Source of the DNA: Macrostomum lignano
Lineage: Eukaryota
Assembly (NCBI GenBank): GCA_002269645.1
Contig: NIVC01004365.1
Span: 1 to 48,412, forward strand
Direction of reading: 5' to 3'
Length of the DNA stretch: 48,412 bases
Shown here: positions 21,605-36,168 of the stretch, piece after piece
Numbering within the stretch: position 1 is the stretch's first letter
Layout of the letters: the number at the start of each line of letters is the position of its first letter
The notes under the pieces: generated by a model
The model's input: only the letters and a program-made list of their open reading frames with translations
Told to the model about the DNA's origin: nothing
Database searches by the model: none
Position numbers and translations under genes: made by a program

Positions 21605-24600
21605 CGAGTGGAACTCCTCCTTCGGAGGAGAAAGGGGAAGAACTCCCATCACCGGAATTCTATTCCCTGAAATATCCATCAACTGAAATTCCATGTCTTT
21701 AACCCTATCTTCCAAATCGTCTCCAAATTCTTTACAAAATCTTTCAAAGACCATAGCTCAAAGACTCTTACGTCTCTCATATCTACTCTCTCCTCTCTTC
21801 GCTATTATCGTGACTCGCTTCTCTCTCCTCTCTCTCATCTCATCTCTACCCCTACTCTCTTATTTATCTCTACTCCCTTATTTATCTCTTCTCCCTCGTC
21901 TTTCGTCTGTACCCTATCCTGTCTACTCTCCTATCTTCTATCTTATCTCTCCCCTTTTCTCTCCTCTCTCATATCTAATCTCTAATCACTTATCTATCGT
22001 CTCCGCTCTACTTTCTCTCTTCTTTTTTCTCTCTTCTCTCTACTCTCATTTCTCGTATCTCTTATACGCTCTCACCCTCTCCTTTCTTATCTCCCATCTT
22101 TCTTCCCTCCTTTCTACTGCATCACCTGTCTCCTCTCTTCTCTTTTCTCTCCTCTCCATTCTCTCTTCTCTACTCTCATCTCCCCTCATCTCTTCTCTAA
22201 TCTCTAATCTCTTCTCTCTCTTATTTTCTCACTCATCTCTTTTCTCATTGCATCTCTCATCTCTCCTCTCTCTCTCTCCTCTCATCTGTACTATCTTTTT
22301 TATCTCTTCTCCCAGGTCTTTCAAATTTACTCTCTCCTGTCTCCTCTCTCCCCTCGTCTTTCCTCTCTCATATCTCTTCTCTACTCACTTATATATTCTC
22401 TCTCCTCTGCTCCCCTTTTACACTTTCCTATATGCTCTCACTCTCACCCTCCCCTTTCTTATCTGCTGTTTTTACACTCCTTTCTACCACCTGTCTCCTC
22501 TCGTTTCTCTCCTCTCTGCACTCTCATCTTTACCCTCTTCTTTCTCCTCACTACTTTCTTCTCTTAAATCTCTGATCTCTGATCTTTCATCTCTCTCCTC
22601 TCACCTCTCACCTCTCTCCTCTCTTTCCTCTCTTCTATTGCCTCTGTACGCTCTTGTCCCTCCTTTCTTCTCCATCCTGTCTCCTCTCTGCAATCTCATA
22701 TCTCCTCTCTCATATCCTCTCCCTTCATCTCCTCTCTCCTCTTCTCTTCTCTCTCCTTCGTTCCCGCCTTACTTTCCTCTTCTCTCCCATCTGTCATGTC
22801 TAATCTCTCCACTCATTTCTACTCTGTTTTCTATCATCTCATCTCTCTTCTCTTTTCATTCTTCTCTTTACTCTCTTCTCTGACTGATTGAAGATGCCAA
22901 ATCCATCAAGATCCTCTCCGCGAAGCAGAAATCCTGTCCGTGCGACTGAAAACCATCGAAATCCTCTCCGTGAAACTGGACTCCTTCGAAATCCTCTCCT
23001 TGAAACTTAAATCCATCAAAATCGTCTCCATAAAACAGAAATCAATCATAAATTATCTCCGCGAAACAGAAATCCTCTCCGTGAAGCTGAACATCATCGA
23101 AATCCTCTCCGTGAAACTGAACACCTTCGAAATCCTCTCCGTGAAACTGAACACCTTCGAAATCCTCTCCTTGAAACTTAAATCTATCAAAATCGTCTCC
23201 ATAAAGCAGAAATCAATCATAAATTTAACTCCGCGAAACAGAAATCCTCTCCGTGAAGCTGAACATCATCAAAATCCTCTCCGTGAAACTGAGCACCATC
23301 GAAATCCTCTCCACGAAACAGAAATCCTCTTTGTCAAAATTAAAACATTGAAATCGTCTCCGCTAAACTGGACTCAATCAATTTTTTCCGTCAAACAACT
23401 CAACTCTCCGGATTCATTGGTTAGGGTTAGGGTTAGGGTTAGAACTACGCACAGCTTCGTGTTAAAAGGCACTGATAAACTATTGAACTAATTGAATCAA
23501 TTCATTGCGCAACCGATTTCACAGTCAGTCAGTATCAGTCTCAGTTAAAGTTAACAAAAACATTGCGCAATCTAAATCAACCCTCCAATACAAAGCAACT
23601 GACCCCCTTCCTATACACAGCGCCAGTTGGAAGTCGAAACCCCCAACTTTATCTCTCACCTCTCGCCAAAATGAGTACAATCTTTGCAGAAAGTTTAAAG
23701 TATGGAAATAGTTTTTGCAATGCAGAGCTTTTAGTTTTCATATTTGAAGCAAACAATTTATATCCCTGAAATCAGCTTTGCAAGTTCTTTCCAGCAATAT
23801 AATTTTTTTCTCTCAAAGTTAAAAACTCGAGCAACAGTTTGCGTTTGAAACTTTCTGATTTAAAGCATTGAAATATCGATTGTACGTTCACTGCCTGCTA
23901 AAGAGGCCCGCAAGTTTATGCATTGAATTTCAACGTTCAACAAAATCACAGGGCTGCCTATTGAAAATTAGAACACAAATCTTTGCGCAATTGTCTATAC
24001 AGTCAGCCAGTGAGCCAGGGTCCGATTGTACACAGGCAGCCATTTAGAACGCCCCATCCCCCCACTGGAGAGAAAATACACTGCAGAGATAGGGAAAAGT
24101 TGTGGCGCAATCACTTGAAATTCATGCAAATTTTCAGCTCCAAGCAGAAAGAGGGGACAATTAAGATTATCAAAGGTCAAGACCGCCGTTTTCTGCTTTT
24201 TTGAGGATTTTAGAAATTAAAATTTCAGAATTAAAATAGCCTATAGCCGACCTCGGATAATTTCCAATCTTCCCATATAAGTTTCAACGCTGAGTTGCCA
24301 CTATTCAAGGAGGAGTTGTCGAAATGACAGACAGACACACAGACAGACAGACAAACAACGCGTCAACTTTAGTATATACGAGTGGAACTCCTCCTTCGGA
24401 GGAGAAAGGGGAAGAACTCCCATCACCGGAATTCCATTCCCTGTAATATCCATCAACTGAAATTCCATGTCTTGAACCCTATCTTCCAAATCGTCTCCAA
24501 ATTCTTTACAAAACTTTTCAAAGACCATGGCTCAAAGACTCTCACGTCTCTCATATCTCCTCTCTCCTCTCTTCGCTATTATCGTGACTCTCTTCTCTCT

Positions 24601-27600
24601 CTTCTCTCTCCTCTCTCTCATCTCATCTCTATCCCTACTCCCTTATTTATTTCTTGTCCCTCGTCTTTCGTCTGTACCTTCTCCTGTCTCTTGTCTCCTC
24701 TCTTCTCTCATCTCTCCTCTTCACTTCTGTCTCCTGTCTCCTCTCTTCTCTCTTATCTCTCCCTCTTCCTCCTCTCTCATATGTCATCTCTACTCACTTA
24801 TCTATCAACTTATCTTATCTCTATATTCTCCCTTCGTTGCTCCTTTCATCTTCTCCCCTTTCTTCTCTAATCTCTAATCTCTTCTCTCTTATGTTCTCAC
24901 TCATCTCTTCTCATCGCATCTCTAATCTCTCCTCTCCTATCTTCACTACTTTCCTCTCTTAACTCTCTCATCTCTGATCTTTCATCTCTCTCCTCTCTCT
25001 CTACTCCTTTCGCTTCTTTCTCCTCTCATTTCTACTACCTTATTTATATCTTCTCCCTGGTCTGTCGTCTGTACCCTCTCCTGTCTCCTTTCTCCCCTCT
25101 TTTCTCCTCTCTTCTCTCTCCCCTCCTCTCTTATCTCTCATCCTTCATCTCATTCTTTCTTTCTCCTTTACTCTCTCTTCTCTTCTATTTCCCCTGTACG
25201 CTCCTATCCCGTCTCTCTTCTATCTCTTCTCATCCATCTTGTCTCCTCTCTGCTATCTCATATCTCCCATCTCATCTCCTCTCTCCTCTTCTATTCTGTC
25301 CCCCTCTTCATTCCCGCATCACTCCCCTCTTCTCTCCTATCTGTCATCTCTCCTCTCTAATTTCTACTCTCTTTTCTATCATCTCATTTCTCTTCTCTTT
25401 TCGCTCTTCTCTTTACTCTCTTCTCTGACTGACTGAAGATGCAAAATCCATCAAAATCCTCTGCGCGAAGCAGAAATCCTGTCGGTGCAAATGAAAACCA
25501 TCGAAATCCTCTCCGTGAAACTGGACTCCTTCGAAATCCTCTCCTTCAAACTTAAATCCATTAAAATCGTCTCCATTAAACAGAAATTAATCATAAATTA
25601 TCTCCACGAAACAGAAATCCTCTCCGTCAAAATTAAAACATTGAAATCGTCTCCGCTAAACTGGACTTAATCGAATTTTTTTCCGTCAAACAACTCAACT
25701 CTCCGGATTCATTGGCTAGGGTTAGGGTTAGGGTTAGGGTTAGAACTACGCACAGCTTCGTGTTAAAAGGCACTGATAAAAATATTGAACTAATTGAATC
25801 AATTCATTGCGCAACCGATTTCACAGTCAGTCAGTATCAGCCTCAGGTAAAGTTAACAAAAACATTGCGCAATCTAAATCAACCCTCCAATACACAGCAG
25901 CAGTGAGAAGTTAAACCCTCCCCCAACTTTATCTATTACGTCTCGCAAAACTGAGTACAATTTTTGCAGAAAGTTAAAAGTATGGAAATACTTTTTCAAA
26001 TGCTGTGCTTTTTCTTTTCATATTTAAAGCAAACAACTTATATCCCCGAGCTCAGCGTTGCAAGATCTTTCCAGCAATATAAGTTTCTCCTCTCAAAGTT
26101 TAAAACTCGAGGAACAGTTAGCGTTTGAAACTGTCTGATTTATAGCATTAAAGTATCGAGTGTACGTTCACTGCCTGCTTGCAAGTTGATGCATTGAATT
26201 TCAATGTCCAACAAATACACAGGGCTGCCCATTGAAAGGCAGGAAAACTTATCAGTAGCCATATCATTGCGCAATTATCTATAAAGTCAGCCAGTGAGCC
26301 AGGGTCCAAGTGTACACACGCAGCCATTTAGAACGCCCCATCCCCCCACTGGAGAGAAAATACACTGCAGAGATAGGGAAAAGTTGTGGCGCAATCACTA
26401 AAAATTCATGCATTTTTCAGCTCCAAGCAGAAAGAGGGGACAATTAAGATTATCAAAGGTCAAGATTCAAGTTTTCTGCTTTTTTGAGGATCTTAGAAAT
26501 TAAAATTTCAGAATTAAAATAGCCTATAGCCGACCTCGGATAATTTCCAATCTTCCCATATAAGTTTCAACGCTGAGTTGGCACTATTCAAGGAGGAGTT
26601 GTCGAAATGACAGACAGACAGACAAACAACGCGTCAACTTTAGTATATATAGATAGAGAAGTGGAACTCCTCCTCCGGAGGAGAAAGGGGAAGAACTCCC
26701 ATCACCGGAATTCTATTCCCTGTAATATCCATCAACTGAAATTCCATGTCTTTAACCCTATCTTCCAAATCGTCTCCAAATTCTTTACAAAATCTTTCAA
26801 AGACCATAGCTCAAAGACTCTCAAGTCTCTCATATCTCCTCTCTCCTCTCTCTCATCTCATCTCTACCCCTGCTCCCTTATTTATCTCTTCTCCCTCGTC
26901 TTTCGTCTGTACCTTCTCCTGTCTTCTGTCTCCTCTCTTCACTCTTATCTCTCCCTCTTCTCTCCTCTCTCATATGTCATCTCTACTCACTTATCTATCG
27001 TCTCTCTTAACCCTCTCTCTCTCTTCTCTTTTCTCTTCTCTCTGCTCTCATTTCTCATATTTCATATACGCTCTGACACTACTTTCTTGTCTCCCATCTT
27101 TCTTCCTCCTTTTCACTATCCCCTGTCTCTTCTCTTCTCTCTTTTCTATTCTCTCCATTCTCTCTTTTCTCCTTTCCTTGCTCCTTTCATCTCTCTCCTC
27201 TCTCCTCACTCTCTTCTCCTTTCGCTTCTCTCTCCTCTCTCTCCTCTCATCTTTACTACCTTATTTATATCTTCTCCCTAGTCTTTCGTCTGTACTCTCT
27301 CCTGTCTCCTCTCTCCCCTCCTCTCTCATCCCTCATCTCCTCATCTCACTCTTTCTTTCTCCTCTACTCTCCCCTCTCTTCTATTGCCTCTGTACGCTCT
27401 TATCCCTCATCTATTCTCTCTCCTATCATCTCCAATCTGTCATGTCTAATCTCTCCACTCAATTATACTCTGTTTTCTATCATCTCTTCTCTCTTCTCTT
27501 TTCAGTCTTCTCTTTACTCTCTTCTCTGACTGATTGAAGATGCCAAATCCATCAAGATCCTCTCCGCGAAGCAAAAATCCTGTCTGTGCAACTAAAAACC

Positions 27601-30600
27601 ATCGAAATCCTCTCAGTGAAACTGGACTCCTTCGAAATCCTCTCCTTGAAACCTGAATCCATCAAAATTGTTTCCATAAAACAGAAATCAATCATAAATT
27701 ATCTCCGCGAAACAGAAAGCCTCTCCGTGAAGCTGAACATGATCGAAATCCTCTCCGTGAAACTGAACACCATGGAAATCCTTTCGTGAAACTGAACATC
27801 ATCGAAATCCTCTCCACGAAACAGAAATCTTCTCCGTCAGAATTTAAACATTGAAATCGTCTCCGCTAAACTTGACTTAATCGAATTTTTTCCGTCAAAC
27901 AACTCAACTCGCCAGATTCATTAGGGTTAGGGTTAGGGTTAGGGTTAGGGTTAGAACTACGCACAGCTTCGTGTTAAAAGGCACAGATAAAAATATTGAA
28001 CTAATTGAATCAATTCATTGCGCAACCGATTTCACAGTCAGTCAGTATCAGCCTCAGGTAAAGTTAACAAAAACATTGCGCAATCTAAATCACCCTCCAA
28101 TACACAGCAGCAGTGAGAAGTTGAACCCTCCCCCCAACAATCTTTGCAGATTAAAGTACAATCTTTGCAGAAAGTTAAAAGTATGGAAATAGTTTTTCAA
28201 ATGCTGTGCTTTTTCTTTTCATATTTAAAGCAAACAACTTATATCCCCGAACTCAGCGTTGCAAGATCTTGCCAGCAATATAAGTTTCTCCTCTCAAAGT
28301 TTAAAACTCGAGGAACAGTTAGCGTTTGAAACTGTCTGATTTATAGCATTGAAGTATCGAGTGTACGTTCACTGCCTGCTTGCAAGTTGATGCATTGAAT
28401 TTCAATGTCCAACAAATACACAGGCTGCCCATTGAAAGGCAGGAAAACTTATCAGTAGCCATATCATTGCGCAATTATCTATAAGTCAGCCAGTGAGCCA
28501 GGGTCCAAGTGTACACACGCAGCCACTGAGAACGCTCCCACCCCCACTGGAAAGAAAATACACTACAGAGATAGGGAAAAGTTGTGGCGCAATCACTAAA
28601 AATTCATGCATTTTTCAGCTCCGAGCAGAAAGAGGAGACAAATAAGATTATCAAAGGTCAAGATTAGAGTTTTCTGCTTTTTTGAGGATCTTAGAAATTA
28701 AAATTTCAGAATTAAAATAGCCTATAGCCGACCTCGGATAATTTCCAATCTTCCCATATAAGTTTCAACGCTGAGTTGGCACTATTCAAGGAGGAGTTGT
28801 CGAAATGACAGACAGACATACAGACAGACATACAGACAGACATACAGACAGACAAACAACGCGTCAACTTTAGTATATATAGACGAGTGGAACTCCTCCT
28901 TCGGAGGAGAAAGGGGAAGAACTCCCATCACCGGAATTCTATTCCCTGAATATCCATCAACTGAAATTCCATGTCTTTAACCCATCTTCCAAATCGTCTC
29001 CAAATTCTTTACAAAATCTTTCAAAGACCATAGCTCAAAGACTCTTACGTCTCTCATATCTACTCTCTCCTCTCTTCGCTATTATCGTGACTCGCTTCTC
29101 TCTCCTCTCTCTCATCTCATCTCTACCCCTACTCTCTTATTTATCTCTACTCCCTTATTTATCTCTTCTCCCTCGTCTTTCGTCTGTACCCTATCCTGTC
29201 TACTCTCCTATCTTCTATCTTATCTCTCCCCTTTTCTCTCCTCTCTCATATCTAATCTCTAATCACTTATCTATCGTCTCCGCTCTACTTTCTCTCTTCT
29301 TTTTCTCTCTTCTCTCTGCTCTCATTTCTCGTATCTCTTATACGCTCTCACCCTCTCCTTTCTTATCTCCCATCTTTCTTCCCTCCTTTCTACTGCATCA
29401 CCTGTCTCCTCTCTTCTCTTTTCTCTCCTCTCCATTCTCTCTTCTCTACTCTCATCTCCCCTCATCTCTTCTCTAATCTCTAATCTCTTCTCTCTCTTAT
29501 TTTCTCACTCATCTCTTTTCTCATTGCATCTCTCATCTCTCCTCTCTCTCTCTCCTCTCATCTGTACTATCTTTTTTATCTCTTCTCCCAGGTCTTTCAA
29601 ATTTACTCTCTCCTGTCTCCTCTCTCCCCTCGTCTTTCCTCTCTCATATCTCTTCTCTACTCACTTATATATTCTCTCTCCTCTGCTCCCCTTTTACACT
29701 TTCCTATATGCTCTCACTCTCACCCTCCCCTTTCTTATCTGCTGTTTTTACACTCCTTTCTACCACCTGTCTCCTCTCGTTTCTCTCCTCTCTGCACTCT
29801 CATCTTTACCCTCTTCTTTCTCCTCACTACTTTCTTCTCTTAAATCTCTGATCTCTGATCTTTCATCTCTCTCCTCTCACCTCTCACCTCTCTCCTCTCT
29901 TTCCTCTCTTCTATTGCCTCTGTACGCTCTTGTCCCTCCTTTCTTCTCCATCCTGTCTCCTCTCTGCAATCTCATATCTCCTCTCTCATATCCTCTCCCT
30001 TCATCTCCTCTCTCCTCTTCTCTTCTCTCTCCTTCGTTCCCGCCTTACTTTCCTCTTCTCTCCCATCTGTCATGTCTAATCTCTCCACTCATTTCTACTC
30101 TGTTTTCTATCATCTCATCTCTCTTCTCTTTTCATTCTTCTCTTTACTCTCTTCTCTGACTGATTGAAGATGCCAAATCCATCAAGATCCTCTCCGCGAA
30201 GCAGAAATCCTGTCCGTGCAACTGAAAACCATCGAAATCCTCTCCGTGAAACTGGACTCCTTCGAAATCCTCTCCTTGAAACTTAAATCCATCAAAATCG
30301 TCTCCATAAAACAGAAATCAATCATAAATTATCTCCGCGAAACAGAAATCCTCTCCGTGAAGCTGAACATCATCGAAATCCTCTCCGTGAAACTGAACAC
30401 CTTCGAAATCCTCTCCGTGAAACTGAACACCTTCGAAATCCTCTCCTTGAAACTTAAATCTATCAAAATCGTCTCCATAAAGCAGAAATCAATCATAAAT
30501 TTAACTCCGCGAAACAGAAATCCTCTCCGTGAAGCTGAACATCATCAAAATCCTCTCCGTGAAACTGAGCACCATCGAAATCCTCTCCACGAAACAGAAA

Positions 30601-33600
30601 TCCTCTTTGTCAAAATTAAAACATTGAAATCGTCTCCGCTAAACTGGACTCAATCAATTTTTTCCGTCAAACAACTCAACTCTCCGGATTCATTGGTTAG
30701 GGTTAGGGTTAGGGTTAGAACTACGCACAGCTTCGTGTTAAAAGGCACTGATAAACTATTGAACTAATTGAATCAATTCATTGCGCAACCGATTTCACAG
30801 TCAGTCAGTATCAGTCTCAGTTAAAGTTAACAAAAACATTGCGCAATCTAAATCAACCCTCCAATACAAAGCAACTGACCCCCTTCCTATACACAGCGCC
30901 AGTTGGAAGTCGAAACCCCCAACTTTATCTCTCACCTCTCGCCAAAATGAGTACAATCTTTGCAGAAAGTTTAAAGTATGGAAATAGTTTTTGCAATGCA
31001 GAGCTTTTAGTTTTCATATTTGAAGCAAACAATTTATATCCCTGAAATCAGCTTTGCAAGTTCTTTCCAGCAATATAATTTTTTCTCTCAAAGTTAAAAA
31101 CTCGAGCAACAGTTTGCGTTTGAAACTTTCTGATTTAAAGCATTGAAATATCGATTGTACGTTCACTGCCTGCTAAAGAGGCCCGCAAGTTTATGCATTG
31201 AATTTCAACGTTCAACAAAATCACAGGGCTGCCTATTGAAAATTAGAACACAAATCTTTGCGCAATTGTCTATACAGTCAGCCAGTGAGCCAGGGTCCGA
31301 TTGTACACAGGCAGCCATTTAGAACGCCCCATCCCCCCACTGGAGAGAAAATACACTGCAGAGATAGGGAAAAGTTGTGGCGCAATCACTTGAAATTCAT
31401 GCAAATTTTCAGCTCCAAGCAGAAAGAGGGGACAATTAAGATTATCAAAGGTCAAGACCGCCGTTTTCTGCTTTTTTGAGGATTTTAGAAATTAAAATTT
31501 CAGAATTAAAATAGCCTATAGCCGACCTCGGATAATTTCCAATCTTCCCATATAAGTTTCAACGCTGAGTTGCCACTATTCAAGGAGGAGTTGTCGAAAT
31601 GACAGACAGACACACAGACAGACAGACAAACAACGCGTCAACTTTAGTATATACGAGTGGAACTCCTCCTTCGGAGGAGAAAGGGGAAGAACTCCCATCA
31701 CCGGAATTCCATTCCCTGTAATATCCATCAACTGAAATTCCATGTCTTGAACCCTATCTTCCAAATCGTCTCCAAATTCTTTACAAAACTTTTCAAAGAC
31801 CATGGCTCAAAGACTCTCACGTCTCTCATATCTCCTCTCTCCTCTCTTCGCTATTATCGTGACTCTCTTCTCTCTCTTCTCTCTCCTCTCTCTCATCTCA
31901 TCTCTATCCCTACTCCCTTATTTATTTCTTGTCCCTCGTCTTTCGTCTGTACCTTCTCCTGTCTCTTGTCTCCTCTCTTCTCTCATCTCTCCTCTTCACT
32001 TCTGTCTCCTGTCTCCTCTCTTCTCTCTTATCTCTCCCTCTTCCCTCCTCTCTCATATGTCATCTCTACTCACTTATCTATCAACTTATCTTATCTCTAT
32101 ATTCTCCCTTCGTTGCTCCTTTCATCTTCTCCCCTTTCTTCTCTAATCTCTAATCTCTTCTCTCTTATGTTCTCACTCATCTCTTCTCATCGCATCTCTA
32201 ATCTCTCCTCTCCTCTCCTCACTACTTTCCTCTCTTAACTCTCTCATCTCTGATCTTTCATCTCTCTCCTCTCTCTCTACTCCTTTCGCTTCTTTCTCCT
32301 CTCATTTCTACTACCTTATTTATATCTTCTCCCTGGTCTGTCGTCTGTACCCTCTCCTGTCTCCTTTCTCCCCTCTTTTCTCCTCTCTTCTCTCTCCCCT
32401 CCTCTCTTATCTCTCATCCTTCATCTCATTCTTTCTTTCTCCTTTACTCTCTCTTCTCTTCTATTTCCCCTGTACGCTCCTATCCCGTCTCTCTTCTATC
32501 TCTTCTCATCCATCTTGTCTCCTCTCTGCTATCTCATATCTCCCATCTCATCTCCTCTCTCCTCTTCTATTCTGTCCCCCTCTTCATTCCCGCATCACTC
32601 CCCTCTTCTCTCCTATCTGTCATCTCTCCTCTCTAATTTCTACTCTCTTTTCTATCATCTCATTTCTCTTCTCTTTTCTTTTTTTTTTTTACTCTCTTCT
32701 CTGACTGACTGAAGATGCAAAATCCATCAAAATCCTCTGCGCGAAGCAGAAATCCTGTCGGTGCAAATGAAAACCATCGAAATCCTCTCCGTGAAACTGG
32801 ACTCCTTCGAAATCCTCTCCTTCAAACTTAAATCCATTAAAATCGTCTCCATTAAACAGAAATTAATCATAAATTATCTCCACGAAACAGAAATCCTCTC
32901 CGTCAAAATTAAAACATTGAAATCGTCTCCGCTAAACTGGACTTAATCGAATTTTTTTCCGTCAAACAACTCAACTCTCCGGATTCATTGGCTAGGGTTA
33001 GGGTTAGGGTTAGGGTTAGAACTACGCACAGCTTCGTGTTAAAAGGCACTGATAAAAATATTGAACTAATTGAATCAATTCATTGCGCAACCGATTTCAC
33101 AGTCAGTCAGTATCAGCCTCAGGTAAAGTTAACAAAAACATTGCGCAATCTAAATCAACCCTCCAATACACAGCAGCAGTGAGAAGTTAAACCCTCCCCC
33201 CAACTTTATCTATTACGTCTCGCAAAACTGAGTACAATTTTTGCAGAAAGTTAAAAGTATGGAAATACTTTTTCAAATGCTGTGCTTTTTCTTTTCATAT
33301 TTAAAGCAAACAACTTATATCCCCGAGCTCAGCGTTGCAAGATCTTTCCAGCAATATAAGTTTCTCCTCTCAAAGTTTAAAACTCGAGGAACAGTTAGCG
33401 TTTGAAACTGTCTGATTTATAGCATTAAAGTATCGAGTGTACGTTCACTGCCTGCTTGCAAGTTGATGCATTGAATTTCAATGTCCAACAAATACACAGG
33501 GCTGCCCATTGAAAGGCAGGAAAACTTATCAGTAGCCATATCATTGCGCAATTATCTATAAAGTCAGCCAGTGAGCCAGGGTCCAAGTGTACACACGCAG

Positions 33601-36168
33601 CCATTTAGAACGCCCCATCCCCCCACTGGAGAGAAAATACACTGCAGAGATAGGGAAAAGTTGTGGCGCAATCACTAAAAATTCATGCATTTTTCAGCTC
33701 CAAGCAGAAAGAGGGGACAATTAAGATTATTAAAGGTCAAGACCGCCGTTTTCTGCTTTTTTGAGGATCTTAGAAATTAAAATTTCAGAATTAAAATAGC
33801 CTATACCGACCTCGGATAATTTCCAATCTTCCCATATAAGTTTCAACGCTGAGTTGGCACTATTCAAGGAGGAGTTGTCGAAATGACACACAGACAGACA
33901 AACAACGCGTCAACTTTAGTATATATAGATAGATAGAGAAGTGGAACTCCTCCTCCGGAGGAGAAAGGGGAAGAACTCCCATCACCGGAATTCTATTCCC
34001 TGTAATATCCATCAACTGAAATTCCATGTCTTTAACCCTATCTTCCAAATCGTCTCCAAATTCTTTACAAAATCTTTCAAAGACCATAGCTCAAAGACTC
34101 TCAAGTCTCTCATATCTCCTCTCTCCTCTCTCTCATCTCATCTCTACCCCTGCTCCCTTATTTATCTCTTCTCCCTCGTCTTTCGTCTGTACCTTCTCCT
34201 GTCTTCTGTCTCCTCTCTTCACTCTTATCTCTCCCTCTTCTCTCCTCTCTCATATGTCATCTCTACTCACTTATCTATCGTCTCTCTTAACCCTCTCTCT
34301 CTCTTCTCTTTTCTCTTCTCTCTGCTCTCATTTCTCATATTTCATATACGCTCTGACACTACTTTCTTGTCTCCCATCTTTCTTCCTCCTTTTCACTATC
34401 CCCTGTCTCTTCTCTTCTCTCTTTTCTATTCTCTCCATTCTCTCTTTTCTCCTTTCCTTGCTCCTTTCATCTCTCTCCTCTCTCCTCACTCTCTTCTCCT
34501 TTCGCTTCTCTCTCCTCTCTCTCCTCTCATCTTTACTACCTTATTTATATCTTCTCCCTAGTCTTTCGTCTGTACTCTCTCCTGTCTCCTCTCTCCCCTC
34601 CTCTCTCATCCCTCATCTCCTCATCTCACTCTTTCTTTCTCCTCTACTCTCCCCTCTCTTCTATTGCCTCTGTACGCTCTTATCCCTCATCTATTCTCTC
34701 TCCTATCATCTCCAATCTGTCATGTCTAATCTCTCCACTCAATTATACTCTGTTTTCTATCATCTCTTCTCTCTTCTCTTTTCAGTCTTCTCTTTACTCT
34801 CTTCTCTGACTGATTGAAGATGCAAAGTCCATCAAGATCCTCTCCGCGAAGCAAAAATCCTGTCTGTGCAACTAAAAACCATCGAAATCCTCTCAGTGAA
34901 ACTGGACTCCTTCGAAATCCTCTCCTTGAAACCTGAATCCATCAAAATTGTTTCCATAAAACATAAATCAATCATAAATTATCTCCGCGAAACAGAAAGC
35001 CTCTCCGTGAAGCTGAACATGATCGAAATCCTCTCCGTGAAACTGAAGACCATGGAAATCCTTTCGTGAAACTGAACATCATCGAAATCCTCTCCACGAA
35101 ACAGAAATCTTCTCCGTCAGAATTTAAACATTGAAATCGTCTCCGCTAAACTTGACTTAATCGAATTTTTTCCGTCAAACAACTCAACTCGCCAGATTCA
35201 TTAGGGTTAGGGTTAGGGTTAGGGTTAGGGTTAGAACTACGCACAGCTTCGTGTTAAAAGGCACAGATAAAAATATTGAACTAATTGAATCAATTCATTG
35301 CGCAACCGATTTCACAGTCAGTCAGTATCAGCCTCAGGTAAAGTTAACAAAAACATTGCGCAATCTAAATCAACCCTCCAATACACAGCAGCAGTGAGAA
35401 GTTGAACCCTCCCCCCAACAATCTTTGCAGATTAAAGTACAATCTTTGCAGAAAGTTAAAAGTATGGAAATAGTTTTTCAAATTCTGTGCTTTTTCTTTT
35501 CATATTTAAAGCAAACAACTTATATCCCCGAACTCAGCGTTGCAAGATCTTGCCAGCAATATAAGTCTCTCCTCTCAAAGTTTAAAACTCGAGGAACAGT
35601 TAGGGTTTGAAACTGTCTGATTTATAGCATTGAAGTATCGAGTGTACGTTCACTGCCTGCTTGCAAGTTGATGCATTGAATTTCAATGTCCAACAAATAC
35701 ACAGGGCTGCCCATTGAAAGGCAGGAAAACTTATCAGTAGCCATATCATTGCGCAATTATCTATACAGTCAGCCAGTGAGCCAGGGTCCAAGTGTACACA
35801 CGCAGCCACTGAGAACGCTCCCACCCGCCACTGGAAAGAAAATACACTACAGAGATAGGGAAAAGTTGTGGCGCAATCACTAAAAATTCATGCATTTTTT
35901 CAGCTCCGAGCAGAAAGAGGAGACAAATAAGATTATCAAAGGTCAAGATTAGAGTTTTCTGCTTTTTTGAGGATCTTAGAAATTAAAATTTCAGAATTAA
36001 AATAGCCTATAGCCGACCTCGGATAATTTCCAATCTTCCCATATAAGTTTCAACGCTGAGTTGGCACTATTCAAGGAGGAGTTGTCGAAATGACAGACAG
36101 ACATACAGACAGACATACAGACAGACATACAGACAGACAAACAACGCGTCAACTTTAGTATATATAGA
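21605..36168. repeat. Higher-order repeat: trimer ABC (21605-28883) duplicated as A'B'C' (28884-36168)
   Basis: Near-identical sequence and ORFs recur at offsets of 7275-7280 bp (22940/30216, 23505/30781, 25485/32761, 26746/34026, 27586/34866), while A, B and C differ clearly from each other. Confidence 0.92.

Larger units (their letters stand above)
4787..36168 (-). mobile_element. Head-to-tail tandem array of nine non-autonomous Helitron-like units (interrupted by the Gypsy element)
   Basis: Junctions at about 4786/7, 18890/1, 20275/6, 21604/5, 24378/9, 26657/8, 28883/4, 31653/4, 33937/8, 36168/9. On the minus strand each reads hairpin CTCCTCC-nnn-GGAGGAG, a 5-nt spacer (TTCCA or TTGGC), CTCG (8 of 10), then T(C)TATATATACTAAAGTTGACGCGTTGTTTGTCTGTC-like 5' end. 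Unit lengths about 2563 (excluding LTR element), 1385, 1329, 2774, 2279, 2226, 2770, 2284, 2231 bp. Confidence 0.75.

Noticed and set aside
22940-23491. ORFs with EILSVKLNTI repeats (also 6008, 25485, 27586, 30216, 32761, 34866)
   Set aside because: They translate the 30/21-bp subrepeats; frames and stops differ between otherwise homologous units, so there is no coding constraint.
27921-27954. True telomere or telomere-targeting non-LTR retrotransposon insertion site
   Set aside because: Only 3-5 repeats, internal, with identical flanks in each unit; no RT, endonuclease ORF or poly(A) tail adjacent.
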